Source: Rhina ancylostomus
Taxonomy: Eukaryota
Assembly: GCA_030265395.1 (NCBI GenBank)
Contig: JARFYF010000071.1
Span: forward strand, 9,949,144-10,013,143
Direction: 5' to 3'
Length of the DNA: 64,000 bases
The position numbers were made by a program, and so were the translations under genes. The first letter of the stretch is position 1. Each line of letters starts with the position of its first letter. The notes under the pieces are model-generated. The model saw only the letters and a list, made by a program, of their open reading frames with translations. It made no database searches and was not told the origin of the DNA. This document shows positions 45,781 through 59,195 of this stretch, piece after piece.

Positions 45781-47423
45781 TGCGTCTTCCTGTTGTCAGC
45801 GTTTCTCCAACCGCGCATTTTATAACGGGGGGGGCGTGATCTGAATTCACCAACACACACAAACACTGGGACCAGATCTGGGATAAAAATGAGAATGTTC
45901 CCATGAGCACAGTGCGTCACTGGGAAAAGGAGTGGGTGCGGGGGACATTCTCCAGCGTGATGCCTGGAATGGAACACGTGGAGAAACTGGATCGACTGGG
46001 TTAATGATCCTCGGAGGATGGAGGCTGCGGGGCTGTGCAAAATTATGGAAGAGATAGAAGGTAACTTTCGCCCGCAGCTGAGGTGTCTACAACTCGAGGA
46101 ACAACAAGGAAGGGGGTGTTTGGATTCAACCTGGGAGAACAGACTGAATGATCACCGTCACTAACCTGCCAGTTAAGTACCCTGGACCCTGCGGCGCTCC
46201 GCTGCTCCCCATTTGTCACTGTCTGCTGCCGCCGTGTTGATCTGGGAATTATTGCAACCATGAAATCCCGGTAAAGAGATTGTTGCATTTGAGGTAGGGA
46301 CCAACAAACATGAAGAGAAAAGAAATACCACACCTGACCTCTTTGCAAAGTCTACAGTTGAGTTTCACAAAGAGACAGAGTGAGCTGCTGGCTCTTCAAC
46401 ACGGAAGGAAATCTGACATTCCTTTGGCCAAATCAACAGGATCGGAAAGTCAAAGAGACTTCGGGATTGGATCAAATAACCCATCCAGGTGTAGGTGAAA
46501 ACATCGTGCGGTGCAAAATACCCCACAGTGGAAACAAAATGTTCCTCGCGTCATCCTCCGTCCAGGTCAGACGCTGTCGACTGTTCGTTACAATAAAGTT
46601 TGAACCAAAGAACAGCCCGGTTACAAAGAGAAGAAGACGGAGGAGACACAGAGGATGAAAGGAATGTCCGACGGCAGGACCGCGGAAAGAGGTTCCAATG
46701 AATAATGTTAACACGCTCATTTATTGAAATGTCGGGAATGGGTATCCGACTGGGTCGGAGAACAGAAAGCAGAGGAATAGTAACTGGGTGGGGCTAGGAG
46801 TAAGGAGCGAAGAAAGGAAAACAGTGTCGTGAAAAAGGATGACTCAGACCCGGAGGGCCTCTGCTTCAGAAAGCCTTTATTGCAGCATGATATCATGGAG
46901 AGCTCACACACCTAAAAGCCAAGTTCCGAAACTCTGCTCATCAAAGTATCACACTCATTTTTATACTTACAATATACGTGATAAAAAGCATTTACACAAC
47001 GCATTTACACCAATACCAAAGTTTCACAGCATATTCCAGGCGATAACCTGAAACATCTATCAGTTTAAAAATTACTCTGCCTGCAGCGACAGGATATATT
47101 ACGAAACAATGATTCCAAAGGAAAAAAAAACACGTCCTTCTTATAGTATAAGCAAGCATGGGAGTCAGTTACTTACACAGTAGCTCGGCACGGTCAGCTT
47201 GTTGGCAGTCCACCAAGAAATGGCTTTGACCCTTCTTAATAATGCTTTAAATTTTGTTCCACAGACAGGCAGGGGAAGAGAGATGGAAGGAAAATAGGCC
47301 GTGAAGGAAAGAGAAGTCAGAAAGAGGAGCGACATGATGTCGGTAAAGAAAATGACAAAGAAAGATGAACGAAGGGAATGAGCAACATTCACAACACACA
47401 AGGTGAGACATTGCTTAACCAAC

Positions 47424-47493
47424 AGCAGTGTGGCGACGCGGGAGCGTGCTGGGCTCATAACAGAGATCGGTCGATCGAAACCGCCCTCTGCTA
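47424..47493 (+). pseudogene. tRNA-iMet pseudogene
   Basis: AGCAGTGTGGCGACGCGGGAGCGTGCTGGGCTCATAACAGAGATCGGTCGATCGAAACCGCCCTCTGCTA, with a deletion in the anticodon stem. The upstream flank is homologous to that of the 45709 copy. Confidence 0.75.
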
Positions 47494-47714
47494 TTTATTA
47501 AATCAATTCACCGCCAACCAATTACCGTGGAAGGTTGATCGAAACTTCTTTCATAAAAACGCACCATGAATATGGGCAAGGAAATTGTCGGGCCGGTCAG
47601 ATATAACAATGGGAATAATGGCGGTGACCAGGATGTGTACGAATGTTTTGCAAGACAAGTTTTCACTGTACCTCGGTACAAGTGACAATACTAAACCAAT
47701 ACCAATACCAAATT

Positions 47715-48205
47715 AGATATTCCCTTTGAGCAAAAGGAGTGACAGAAGCCCTAAGCGGAGAGGAGAGGGTGCGGGGGAAATCACCAGCATGTTGTCTGAA
47801 GTGGAATGTTTCAGTTATGAGCAGAAACTGGATAGACTGGGGTTGATTTTCCATGGAGCGGGGCAGGGTTATGGGGACCTTGGAGAATTATCTCACAGTG
47901 TCAGGGGCGAAGATAGAGGGGAAACGGGTCCACATTACAGAGGAGTTTCAAACTAGAGGACATGAGAGGAAGAACTTCTTCACGAAGTGTATGGTTTGAG
48001 TCTGGAACCAACCCCTGAGTGGTGCTGGAGACAGGTAGTCTCGCGATATTTGATAAGTACTCAGACGAGCCATTGAATCGCCAAGGCACTGAGGGCAATG
48101 GAGTAAGTGCTGGAAGTGAGATTAGTTAAGATTGTTACTTGATGGTCAGTCTGGACATGATGAACCGAAGGGCCTGTTTCTGTGCTACATGATCCTGTGA
48201 ATCTA
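47715..48205 (+). mobile_element. CR1 LINE 3' fragment, preceded by a short Rex1-type tail (47655-47710)
   Basis: FSYEQKLDRLGL and a CCGAAGGGCCTGTTTCTGTGCT tail. Confidence 0.65.
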
Positions 48206-48670
48206 TATTACATCTGTCACAGCAGAAGAGAGGGTAACGTTCCTCTCGGAACGAAGGTGGAATGAGGGGAGTGATTCAAGACGGTAAACATACACCGAGC
48301 AGGGGTGAATAGACTGACGTTGCTCAATATGAAGACATCGTCTGTGGTATGTTAGGATGTGTCCCAATTTGTTGCGGGGATCTGGGTCAGAGTGAGAGCA
48401 GGAAGCTGCACTGATTTGTTCATCGCTTTTTCCCGGAAAAAGGTGAAGTATGGAAATTCTATTCCTGACCCATTGCGCAGCTCAGTGAATAATAATTCAA
48501 TAAACGGGGATGGGGAATCTCTCTTCTCAACAAGAACCATCGAATTAAATGCATTTAAGATCTTGCCGGAGAAGGTCACTCGGCCCCTTGAGTTCTGCAC
48601 GCCTTATTTCTGAAGAGGTTGATTTCCAGAAGTTTCAGTGTCCGAATTTTAAAACGAAACCTCTATGAGC

Positions 48671-48742
48671 TGCAATGCCCGGGGATCGAACCCAGGTCAA
48701 CTGCTTGGAAGACAGCAATGCTGACTAATCTACCACCATCGC
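48671..48742 (-). pseudogene. tRNA-Gly(TCC) pseudogene
   Basis: Reverse complement GCGATGGTGGTAGATTAGTCAGCATTGCTGTCTTCCAAGCAGTTGACCTGGGTTCGATCCCCGGGCATTGCA; the D arm is mutated. Confidence 0.8.
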
Positions 48743-48894
48743 CACACCAATGTTCAGGGTTCGGGTCCTTGACCGTGTCCAATGTAAACTGACTCTCTGT
48801 CTCAATCACCAGTTCTCGAGCTGCTTTCTGACAGATTAAAACAAAACAAAATACGACTTGTAATCCCGGTCATAATTTGAAGCAGGAAAACCAG

Positions 48895-48966
48895 CTCCCT
48901 TCGTGGAATTGAATCCCAGTCTCCCGGGGGACAGGAGGTTAATAGCCGTCCCAAGTGGACGAGTTA
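48895..48966 (-). pseudogene. Degenerate tRNA-Asp(GTC) remnant
   Basis: The minus-strand 3' half CCTGTCCCCCGGGAGACTGGGATTCAATTCCACGAAGGGAG resembles tRNA-Asp CCTGTCACGCGGGAGACCGGGGTTCGATTCCCCGACGGGGAG. Confidence 0.6.
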
Positions 48967-49249
48967 AAAAACTCGCGCTCTTCCGTTCAGGTACAAAACC
49001 TCGGCGGGGCGGAGCGCGGGTCGGAGATGTGAGCGGACAATGGATGATGTCGGTCATGAGTAATGAGAACAGATTATAGACAATTTTCCCACCAGCAAAT
49101 GTTGTGCGGAAGTATATCATGTGATTGGGGACATCACTGGCGATCGTGCACCTGGGACCAATGGGCGCACCTCTGCCCGGGAGAGCAGCTCCCTCCAAAG
49201 AAATTGGTACCATCTGCTGTAAGTACGGAGGTGACATTGCTTTCCCTGT

Positions 49250-49830
49250 CTTCCTCGTGTGAATAATTCAAACCAGGCCATGAAAACACTAATGCTGCTT
49301 TGTCCTTAAGCTGTATTCCCAGGATATGTCTGACAGGTTGTCACACGGGACTGGGCTCTTAACGTCAGTGGCAGGAAGACCTCAGTCAGCAGACCACCCC
49401 CCATCCCACAGAGCCTTTGCATCAGCTGCATCAAGCTTCCGTGCGTCCCTGTGCATGTAATCGTGAAGTCCGGTCTGTTCCAGTCAGCAGCATTCCCTGA
49501 TGGACATCTCATCCTACTTGGAGAACAACGAGTGTCAGGAACACCAAAGGTCGTCTTTCACCCAGCTGATGATGTTCCAGCAGCACCTGATGTCTGTCTG
49601 GGTGTGTCGGCGGGAACAGCCCGTATATCAGGGAGTTCTCTGTGACGCAGCTGCTCGGGAAGAACCTCGGTACGGACCTTTGCTTCCTTTTGCCGACCTT
49701 CCTGGGAAACGCACAGTCTACGAGGAGTTGGATGATCGTCTCATCCGCACCTCAGCCGTCCCGCAATGTGCAATGCCCATCCTGTCAGCACCTTACCACC
49801 AAGGTCAATGGCCGTGGGTGCAGGGAGCCA
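49250..49830 (-). mobile_element. Tx1-like LINE ORF2 C-terminal fragment
   Basis: The minus strand encodes RFFPSSCVTENSLIYGLFP...CCWNIISWVKDDLW. Confidence 0.6.
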
Positions 49831-51393
49831 TCACCGGTGCAATTCCCGTGCAATTGACAAACTGCGGTGCAATTCGCGTGCAATTCAGTTCCCGTGCAAT
49901 TGACGCACTGCGTTTATCTGGAAATATATCACAGGTTCTCCATTGGTCTTCGTTCTAAGTCTTTCCATACACCGCCAGCAGAGAGAAGCTACCTTCACAG
50001 TGGGCAATTGAGATTTGTAATAAATGCATCTTTGATAGAAACGCGTAGATCCTAAATAACTCAACAAATAAAATAAATGCGAGCGGCCCACTGTTAATCA
50101 AGTATACAGGCAGGACGAATCAGAGGACTGCCGACGATAAGAATGGGGAGTAAGAATGGGGATGGAGAGCATTGCAAACAGGTGGCAGCTGTTCCCAAGT
50201 TTTACGTCAATACAATTCACAGGAAAAGAGTCAAAATAAAATGTATGTCTGGGAGAGAGCAGCACACTCCCAAAGTGGTGAAAGTGTGTGAGTGGCAAAA
50301 GCGTGGTATTCGTGGTGGGCCTTTCTCCAAGTCGCCTTGGGCTGGAGATCAGCACGGGTTCACCAATGAATACTGAGTGGTGTTCTGCTTTCGGGAAAGG
50401 AAATGCTCTTGAAAGGTGGTGAAGCAGGAGTGAAGCAACTTGAGCAGCTTAGCAGATCTGCAATGCAAATAGATTGGAAATGAATTGAAAAGTGAGAGGA
50501 GAGTGAATGGAGACAGTGGCCCGGGATGTTTCGTATTTATGAGACCCAGTAACAATGTGGGCTTGTGACCTGGAAACCACAAGGACTGACCCGGGAGGGT
50601 TTCATGGAGGTAGAATCAGGCCGCGGGACTTCCAGCACAAGTATAGCGCGAGGCTAACACGTTGTCATTTTATGGCGGTTTGTTCTGTTGACTGCTAATA
50701 CGGTTGGATGATTATATAGGTCGCAATTTAAAGGGGAAAAAAAGTCTTAAAGTGAATAAGGAAACAGAATCATGGCTATTTGGTGCTGAAAGAGATATCG
50801 GTGGTACAACCTCCGGAAAGATCGTCGATTTGAGCTGAGTCAGGCAGGAAATAGCCTACAAAAATTGAGGTAAGATCAGAACATCAGAAAAAAACTACAA
50901 AACTCATCGTTATAGATGTTTGAATATATAAAAATAGAGAATGCAACAAATTCCATGGTGCGAGGTGAAGTGGTCAGGTCTTTCAGTTGGATAGTTTTAG
51001 GTGCTTCGGACCTAACGGCCCATGAATATGCTGGAAGATATCGTTCTTCCACCGTCCCAGTGTTGTGAATAGGGATTCTGTGTGTTCAACACAAGTGAAT
51101 CAAATATAAGTGCGGATATATTAATGTCTACAGGGATAACCGAATAGAGTATATTTTTATAACGTTCTGTCCTCAGCTGTTTCCATGAATTCCAGCACGG
51201 AATCCTCGCGAAAGCCAAAGGGAAGAATGAATCTTCCGCTTCAAGGAAGATGTGCACTTCATTTCAACTGCCAAGCTGAACTACCTTTCTTAATTTCAGC
51301 ATCGCAGTGTGCTCCGCCTAATGTTACGAATGATATCTAGTTCAAGCTGGTTATGAATAATACATGTTCCATGTCAGAAATAATACTTGAACA

Positions 51394-53390
51394 TAGAACA
51401 GAACAGCACAGAACAGGCCTTTGGGCCCATAATGTTGTGCTAACATAACTAATCCCTCCTACCTAAAGATTGCGCATATCCTTTCATTTTCTTCATATTC
51501 ATGCGCCCATCCAAGCCCCTCTCCTCCAAAGCCCCTGTCCTCCAAAGCCCCCAATGAATTTGTTTCCACCAACCTATCAAGCAAGGTATTCCAGGCATCT
51601 ACCACTCTCTGAGTAAAACAATTATCCCTCCCGTCTGTTGTGAACCTACCCCTTCCCACTTAAATGCATGCTCCTTGGTATTGGATCACTCAACAATGGG
51701 AAAATATATTGATTGTCCCTCATAATTTTACAAACTTCCAACTACTCAGCCCCCATCACTCCTTAGAAAAGAGCCCAAATTTATCCAGCCTTCCCTCATA
51801 GTGCATGCCCTCTAATCCAGGCAGGATCCTTTAAACCCTCCATTGCCCCCTCTCCAAAACCTCGACATCCTTCTTGTCGTGCGACCAGACTTGAACGCAA
51901 TACATGACATGCGGCCTAACCAGAGTTCTGTGGGGATGCACCTTAACTTCTTGACTCCTGTACTCAGTACCTCGAATAATGAAAGCAAACATCGCATAAG
52001 ACGTCTTCACCACCCAATCTACCTGTGCAGCAACTTTCAATGAGCCATAGACTTGCAACCCCACGTCTCTCTCCTCTTCAACACTGTTAAGGGTTTTTCC
52101 ATGAAGGATGAACTGCCTCTTGACATTAGTCTTACCAAGTTTCAACATCTCACATTTATCCGCGTTAAACTCAATTTCTCTGCGCACATCTGCAACTGAT
52201 CTATACCACGCTGTGTCCGTCGCCAATCTTCTGCATAATTGACAACTCCACCAATCTTGGTATCGTCTGCAAAATACTCATCCAGGTCATTTATGTGCAT
52301 CACAAAGAGCAGAGGCCCCAGTACGGATCCATATTGAACACCACTACTCACAGGCCTCCAGCCCGCATATGTCCCTTCAACCACCAACCTCTGTCTTTCA
52401 CGGGCAAGCCAGTTCTGGATGCACACAGCCTTTTCTCTCCTGAACCCATGCATCCGAACTTCCTTGGTGAATCTATTATGTGGGACCTTGACAAATGCCT
52501 TGCTGAAGCCCATGCAGATGTTATCCACAGCTGTACCTTCATCAAAATCTCTCTCGTCACGTTGTCAAATAACTCAGCCAGGTTAGTAAGACAGGACTTG
52601 CCCCGCACACAGCCTTGCTGTCTTCCCCTTAGGAAGCTAGAGGATTCCAGATGATCGTATAAACTCTCTCTAAAAAAATTCTCCAGCAATTCCCATACAA
52701 CCGACATGAGACTCATCGGTCAATAGTTCCCCGTGTTTTCTCTTATTCCTTTCTTAAGCAGTGAAGCAAATCAGCCACTGGCCAGTCCTCCTGTATCTCG
52801 CGTGTGGTCAAAGAGGACACAAAGGTACTGGTCAATAGCGCAGCAATTTCTTCTCTCGCCTACCTCAGTAATCTGGGGTATGCCCATTAGGGCCGGGAAA
52901 TTATACACCTTAATTCTGTCTAGGAGATCAAACACTATTTTCTCCTTGACATGAAAATGTCCAACAGGTTTACCCCGTCACTTCCAATTTCTGCGTCCTC
53001 TTTTCCCTTTCCAGGGTAAATACTGAAGAGAAATAAAGAACCTCGCCCACGTCGTCTGTATCCATACATAGATTCCCCTCTTTTACTTTTGTGTAGTCCT
53101 AAACTTTCCCTCGATATCCCCTTATTCACGAGGTAGGTACAGAATGCCTTTGGATTCTCCTTTGTCTTACTTGCTAAGGCTTTTCATGGCCCCTCCTGGG
53201 TTTCGTAATTCATTTCTTGAGTTCATTTCTAGCTTCTTTATAGTCTTCAGGTGGTCTATCTGATCCTATTTTCCGAATCTCTACAAAATTGTCCTTTTCC
53301 TTCTTGACTAAATTCATCACTTCCCTGGACTTTGGTTTGCCATTCATGTCTTTACTTCGGATCGTGACGTGCCTATCCTGTACCCTCGGT
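51394..53390 (-). mobile_element. CR1 LINE, decayed RT region to 3' end
   Basis: QQGCVRGKSCLTNLAELFD, FSKAFVKVPH, SGVQYGSVLGPLLFVMHINDLDEYFADDTKIGG and LVRPHVMYCVQVWS; TTCTA-type tail. Confidence 0.9.
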
Positions 53391-53399
53391 ACCCTATGC

Positions 53400-54035
53400 T
53401 TAGAGGGCATACTGACGCGCTGGTCTACTGAGGTAATATGCGTGGAACTGTGGATAAAGAAAAGGATAACCACGCGAATAGGACTCTATTGTCGACTTCT
53501 CCGTGGTGAGCGGGAATGAGAGGAATACGTTTACAGAAAGATAGCAAACGTTTGCAAGAATAAAATAAGGTTATAATTATCAGTGATTTTAACATTCTAC
53601 ATGTTCAGTGGGACTCCCAGATTGCGAACGGATTGGATGGGAGAGGCGTTGTTAAATATGTTGAGGAATGTTCCCTTAATCAATATGCAGGAGTCCCAAC
53701 TGGAGAGCGCGATACTGGATAAGTGGGAGGGTTTCAAATCTGAAACATTGAGAGTACTGAAACTGGATGTTCCAGTTAGAATGACTGACAAGGCGTCAGA
53801 AAGGGGGCACCTTGGTATCGAGGGATATTGAGGCCCAAATAAAGAGAAATAAAGTGTCGTATATTCGGTATCGGCAGTGTGGATGAAAGGAAGCGCCTGA
53901 GGAGCATAATAAATGCAAGAAAATAAAAAAGAGACATCAACAGGGCATAAGGTGGACACGACGTTGCTCTGGCAGACAGGGTCGAGATAATCCAAAGGGT
54001 TTCTATAGCTATATAAGAGCAAATGGGTTCTAAAT
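53400..54035 (+). mobile_element. CR1 fragment (end of endonuclease domain plus linker)
   Basis: EVICVELWIKKRITTRIGLYCRL, SDFN and NPKGFYSYIR. Confidence 0.7.
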
Positions 54036-54039
54036 GGAT

Positions 54040-55730
54040 CCTCAATACCTTTGAAATAATATTAAAATATCTTTCCAGTACTGTTCCAAAAGAGGACAGG
54101 ACCAAAACATGAGTGTCAAAGAGGACACATTTGATTTACATCTATCGCAGATAGGATTTATATGATTATAAAAACGAGCTAGCTTATCTTTGGACATGTG
54201 GGTCCTGTGAACTACCTTAAGCTGCATCAGCGAGTGTCTGGCACACATTGAAGATGTATTAACTAAATGAAGAATTTTCTTCCACGCCTCTGTAGGTATA
54301 GATATCTGGAGTTCGTTTTCCTATTCATTCTTGATTTTGTCCAGTGACTCTGGACGTATGTCCATAATTAAATCATAGATTATTGCTATTAAGCCCTTCT
54401 GATAAGGATTAAGACTTAAAATATTTTCCGTAGTGTCAGTTTTGTGAGGTGTTGGAAAAGAGGGTATGGATGTTTTTTTTAAAAAAAATCTAATTTGCAA
54501 ATATCGAGAAAATGTGTGATCTCGGCAAATTGTATTTCCTAGGCAATTGCTCAAAAGATGAAAAACAGTTATCGATAATTAGATCACGAAAACATACTAT
54601 TCCCTTCCTTTTCCATATGGAAAAAGCTGAGTTAACTCTGGATGGATAAAAGAAACAAATAGATTGAATAGGACTTGACAAGTTAAATTTATTCAATCCA
54701 AAAACATTACGAAATTGAAAACATATTCGTATTGTGTGTTTAACAATTGGGTTAGTCATATATTTACTTAATTTAGTAAGTGGAAAGGGAAGTGAAGTTC
54801 CAAAAATTGACGTTAATGAGAATTCACATGTTGATTAGTGCTCATGGTGTACACATTTAGGACATTGAATAACATCTAAATGTTGTAACCAAAAAATTAA
54901 ATATCTGGTATTAATTGCCCAGTAATATAATCTAAAGTTGGGTAAGGCCATGCCACCATTCTTTTTTAGTTTTTGTAAGTATTTCTTACTTAATCTTGGG
55001 TTTTTATTCTGTCAAATGTATGAAAGAATTTTAGAATCAATAGTGTCTAAAAAGATTTCGGGACATAAATTGGTATCACTTGAAATACATATAAAAATTT
55101 TGGTAAAATATTCATCTTAATTGCATTAATTCGGCCTACAAATGATAAAGACAGTGGATACCACTTAGTGAATAATTGTTTAACATGGTCAGTTAAAGGC
55201 AATAGATTCGCTTTAAATAAGCCCTTATGTTTCTGAGTAATTTTAACACCTAAATATATAAAATAGACTGTTACTAATCTAAAAGGTAGTTGCCTTTCAA
55301 TTGGGGTTTGCAAGATCAATGGAAAAAGTTCGTTCTTATTAAGATTTACCCTCTTACCAGAAAAAAAAATTAAACTGATCTCACAGTAATAGGACTACGG
55401 GGAGAGATTCATCTGGATTAGAGACATAAAGTAACAGGTCATCTGCAAAGAGAGATAACTTCTGAGTCTTATGTCCACGAGTAATACCACATATATTGGA
55501 AGAATCCCGAAGTGAAATAGCCAAGGGTTCTAAAGCAATATTGAATAATAAAGGACTAAACCGGCATCCTTGTCTGGTACCTCTAAAAAGCCTAAATAAA
55601 GGAGATCTGTGATTATTAGTAAGTAAGTTAGTAAGTAATTGAAGCCATAGGTGTATAATAAATCATTTTAATCATAGATATGAATTTAGGAGGAAAATTA
55701 AATTTTTGAAGTGCAGTATAAAGATATTCC
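54040..55730 (-). mobile_element. L1-clade LINE ORF2 fragment
   Basis: RGTRQGC.FSPLLFNIALEPLA, SADDLLLYV, GRINAIKMNILPKFLYVFQ and the zinc knuckle CDRCKSNVSSLTLMFWSCP. Confidence 0.9.
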
Positions 55731-55830
55731 NNNNNNNNNNNNNNNNNNNNNNNNNNNNNNNNNNNNNNNNNNNNNNNNNNNNNNNNNNNNNNNNNNNNNN
55801 NNNNNNNNNNNNNNNNNNNNNNNNNNNNNN

Positions 55831-55989
55831 AGATCCAGTTCGTGTTGGGATTCCTCTTCTGATCTCCGAGGCAAGATTCCTTCCAGTTACTGCCTGTGTT
55901 TGTCCTGGGGAAGTTCCCTGACTCCCGTCTTGTATCAGTGTGCCGCATTTGGGTTCTCTGTGAGTTTGCTCTGGATGAACACTGTGACA
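55831..55989. mobile_element. LTR end (same family as 60404-60814), cut by an assembly gap
   Basis: Collinear with ~60655-60814 and ends TGTGACA. Confidence 0.75.
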
Positions 55990-56599
55990 CATTCATCTTA
56001 TAGATGAATAATCTCACAGAAGAACCGGTTGTTTCGCATAGAAGCAAAGAAGTCGGGGTGCCTGCAATCCCTGTCATTGATGTTGGGTCGAAAAGGCTGC
56101 AACATTCCTGCAAGATACTTTTCACTGTTATCGGAATTTAATGAACTTTCCACGTCTTGAAACTGCCACGGAAGTTGGCTGAGCTGCAAAGCATTTCCAA
56201 TCGAATGTGTCTTTACATCAGACATGTGTCACGCATTTCCGCTGACTGGTGTGCGAGGACACGAAGGACGTTCCACCCACTGGAACGTTAATTATGCTGT
56301 TAGTAGTAGCTTCAGTTATTTCTGGGAGTTGTTGTTTCATTCCCATTTCAAATAGATGCACCCTAATGGTGCAGTGGAGTGAATAGAGGGAATGAATGAC
56401 CATTATTCTCGTAAATCCTCTCTGTAAGCGTGTCGGTACATTTTAACCTCTCATGTTTTACGTCTGTTTTATTGCAGTATTTATTTATTTATCCTTCAGC
56501 TTTAATTACACTTTCCCTTGCCGTGATATTAAACAGGTTTTCCAAAAATACCCAACGTAAAAGTGTAGACACCCACGACTAAATAAGTTTCCAATCCAA

Positions 56600-58000
56600 A
56601 CACGTCAACATTAAAAGCGCTACTGATAAAAGAAATTTAGTTTGGAGAAGATTTTGAATTTCTACCATTTATTCAGACCGTGCAGCAGAGTTGATTTCAT
56701 CAGAACTCCACTACTTTTCCGCTGTCAATTCAATTCAATATTTCTTTTTGGTTGTTCGGAGTGCCTATCCTTTTTGTTCCACAGCAACGTTCCCAATTTC
56801 AACGCGATCTCCCCAAGTCAGGTAATAACTGCAAGGAGAACTTCCGCTGATGTGACTGTTCTCATAAATAGTTAATTGGTACCGTTGTGTCACATCTATT
56901 ACCCGGTGAAGTTGCCCTTGAGCTTCCTTCACAGCGGTGGGCGGGCAGTCGAAGTCTCTCTTTTTTGAAGAACATCATGAAGCATGCCTTTTGGAATAGA
57001 ACGAATGAACATATTAGTTACATATTTAATTTCCGCGTTCACTTCAGAAGTTTTGAGGTGATGACAGCATTAGGGTGAGCTTTTTCATCTCCACATCATG
57101 AGTTTTTCTAATTCTTCTGTAAATGAGATGAGACGTTTTGAGCGATTGATATAATTTAGCAAGCAATGTCAACTGACGGTGCTACCACCTTGAAAGACAG
57201 TGCGAATGTCATGTCTTTTTGGTTTGAAATGCCATAATATCCTGCTGAACATCAATGTATTCTGTGAGCTTTCTATTCCATGCACTTTGTTATTATGTTC
57301 ACCACCAGGTCGATCCTTTATCATTTTCACAAAACACTATAATTTCCACCTTGAAACATCGCAAACTGCCCTGACATGAACACCGGCATCTGCAATTACT
57401 GTTCACTGATTAAGGTATCATAAGAATTAACGAGCCACATATGCAATGCTTGGAGTCCGGGATGCTGCAATAAAACGCCTGCGCTTATTCACCACAATGT
57501 TCAATGCTACATTTATTCTGTAAATGCTATCCGCTGTTCTTTTCCGGTTAACTCTCCTTCTGTCGCCGATATATAAGCCTGGATCGAATAGTGATGGCGG
57601 ATTCTTTACCCAGCAACTCGCGCATCACCGGGAAAAGTTTCTGCAACTCAAGGTGATTGCGTTAAATTCAGTGGCCGCTGCGTACTAGAAACCTTGATCG
57701 GAGATTCTTGATCTTTGCGTTTGGATCAATTGTCCAATAATAGTACAGAGTCAGAAGGGTGAAGCCGACAGATAATATTGAAACAAGAAAGGCTGATGGG
57801 CTCAGGCTTATTGACAATATGTGCATCAGAACTGCGGTAGGCAATTCAGCGAGGTAAGGTATCACACAAACCAGCGGATACACGTCTGAAGTGTAATTTT
57901 CCCTCACTGCAGGATTCTTGTATCGAAGAGATGAAAAATTGTCAGACGGGGTCCTTAAATATTCACATCATATTCGACGAGACACATTTACTCAGCTTAC
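56600..58000 (+). mobile_element. Possible very old hAT (SPIN/GTF2IRD2-like) transposase fossil
   Basis: Scattered motifs in plausible order: AMSTDGATT (~57163), LKHRKL (~57351) and a YTSEV*FSL...KLSDGVL C-terminal-like segment (~57880-57960). No continuous frame. Confidence 0.3.
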
Positions 58001-58942
58001 GTCTGCTTTCTATCAAGCTAATTTTGGATCTCATTTGCTAGCTAACCTGGTCATAGGAGATGTACTCAGTGTTCCGTTGTGTTTCCTGGCAGTATAATCT
58101 TTGCTGAATTCCACATACAAGTAGATCACTTTTTTACATTGGCAATGCATCTATGGCAGTCTCTATAAATGCAGAACCTTACAAAATATCCATAGTTAAC
58201 TGAGCACGTCACTTAATCTGGTGGGGATATATCGCCTGCAGAAGCAATGAGTTCTATGTTCCTATGAGTGTGGGTCGCTAACTGCAGTAAGCTAGAGCCG
58301 GCAGATTCCTATATTTCATTTGTAGACGCAGCAAGAACTGCCCAGGAGAGTGAGTGAAAAAAAAGTCTAGCTGTTCGATTTACGATATTGAAGCAACTGA
58401 AATAGTAAAACCTGGTTGACAAGAACGTGAATAGTAAATCCAGCAGAAGTTAAGACTTTGTTAAAAATGGTTGTAATTCTGATGAAAGGCACGGAAGTAT
58501 ATGCACTTACACTAGTGGGGAATAGATGGGAGTTGAAGGAGAAAATTTGTTTGAGATGGAAGAAACAAAATTCAGGCAGTCAACAAATGAAACTATCGGA
58601 ATTGCAGGACATTGGCCACAGCAAACTCAGATGGAACGTGAATCTTCCCAGACAGAATTGAGAACTAGAGAAACAACACAAGCATCTTACATATTGTAAC
58701 TAAGGGGAGTGTGGATAGAGACTCCCGGAGCCAGGGACGACTGTTTTCTGGCTTAACAAAATGTTGCTGAGGTTAGGAGCATTTTCCCCGGACACTGTGA
58801 TAAATCAGCGCTTGTGGACAGCAGCCGGGGCTAACCAGCATTCATTATTTAACTGGATGGTAGCCTCTGTTGCAGATACCCCAATGATTTTAAGGGACGA
58901 ATGTAACCCCGAAAGGACAACTGAGGAAGCAGGGCCAATTTT

Positions 58943-59195
58943 AGGGGCGGCACGGTATCGTATTGGTTTGCACAACGCTATTACAGCGCCAGCGACCCGG
59001 GTTAGATTCCCGCCGCTGCATGTAAGGAGTTTGTACATTCTCCCGTGTCTGCTTGGGTTTCCTCCGGGTGCTCCGGTTTACTCCCACATTCCAAAGACGT
59101 ACGGGTAGGTTAATTTGGGGGATTAAAAAAATGGGCGGTGTAGAATCGTTGGGCCGTAAGGGCCTTTTACCACGCTGTAAATAAAATTAAATAAA
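58943..59195 (+). mobile_element. HE1-like V-SINE with CR1-type tail
   Basis: tRNA-like head GGGGCGGCACGGT...GACCCGGGTTAGATTCCC, V-domain, and tail GGGCCGTAAGGGCC...AAATAAAATTAAATAAA. Confidence 0.85.

Noticed and set aside
46875-46942. Possible further tRNA remnant after a purine-rich tract
   Set aside because: No recoverable cloverleaf or A/B boxes.
51394-54035. Back-to-back CR1 segments suggesting a twin-priming inversion
   Set aside because: Both segments include the same linker region (NPK.F..Y), so they are two separate insertions.
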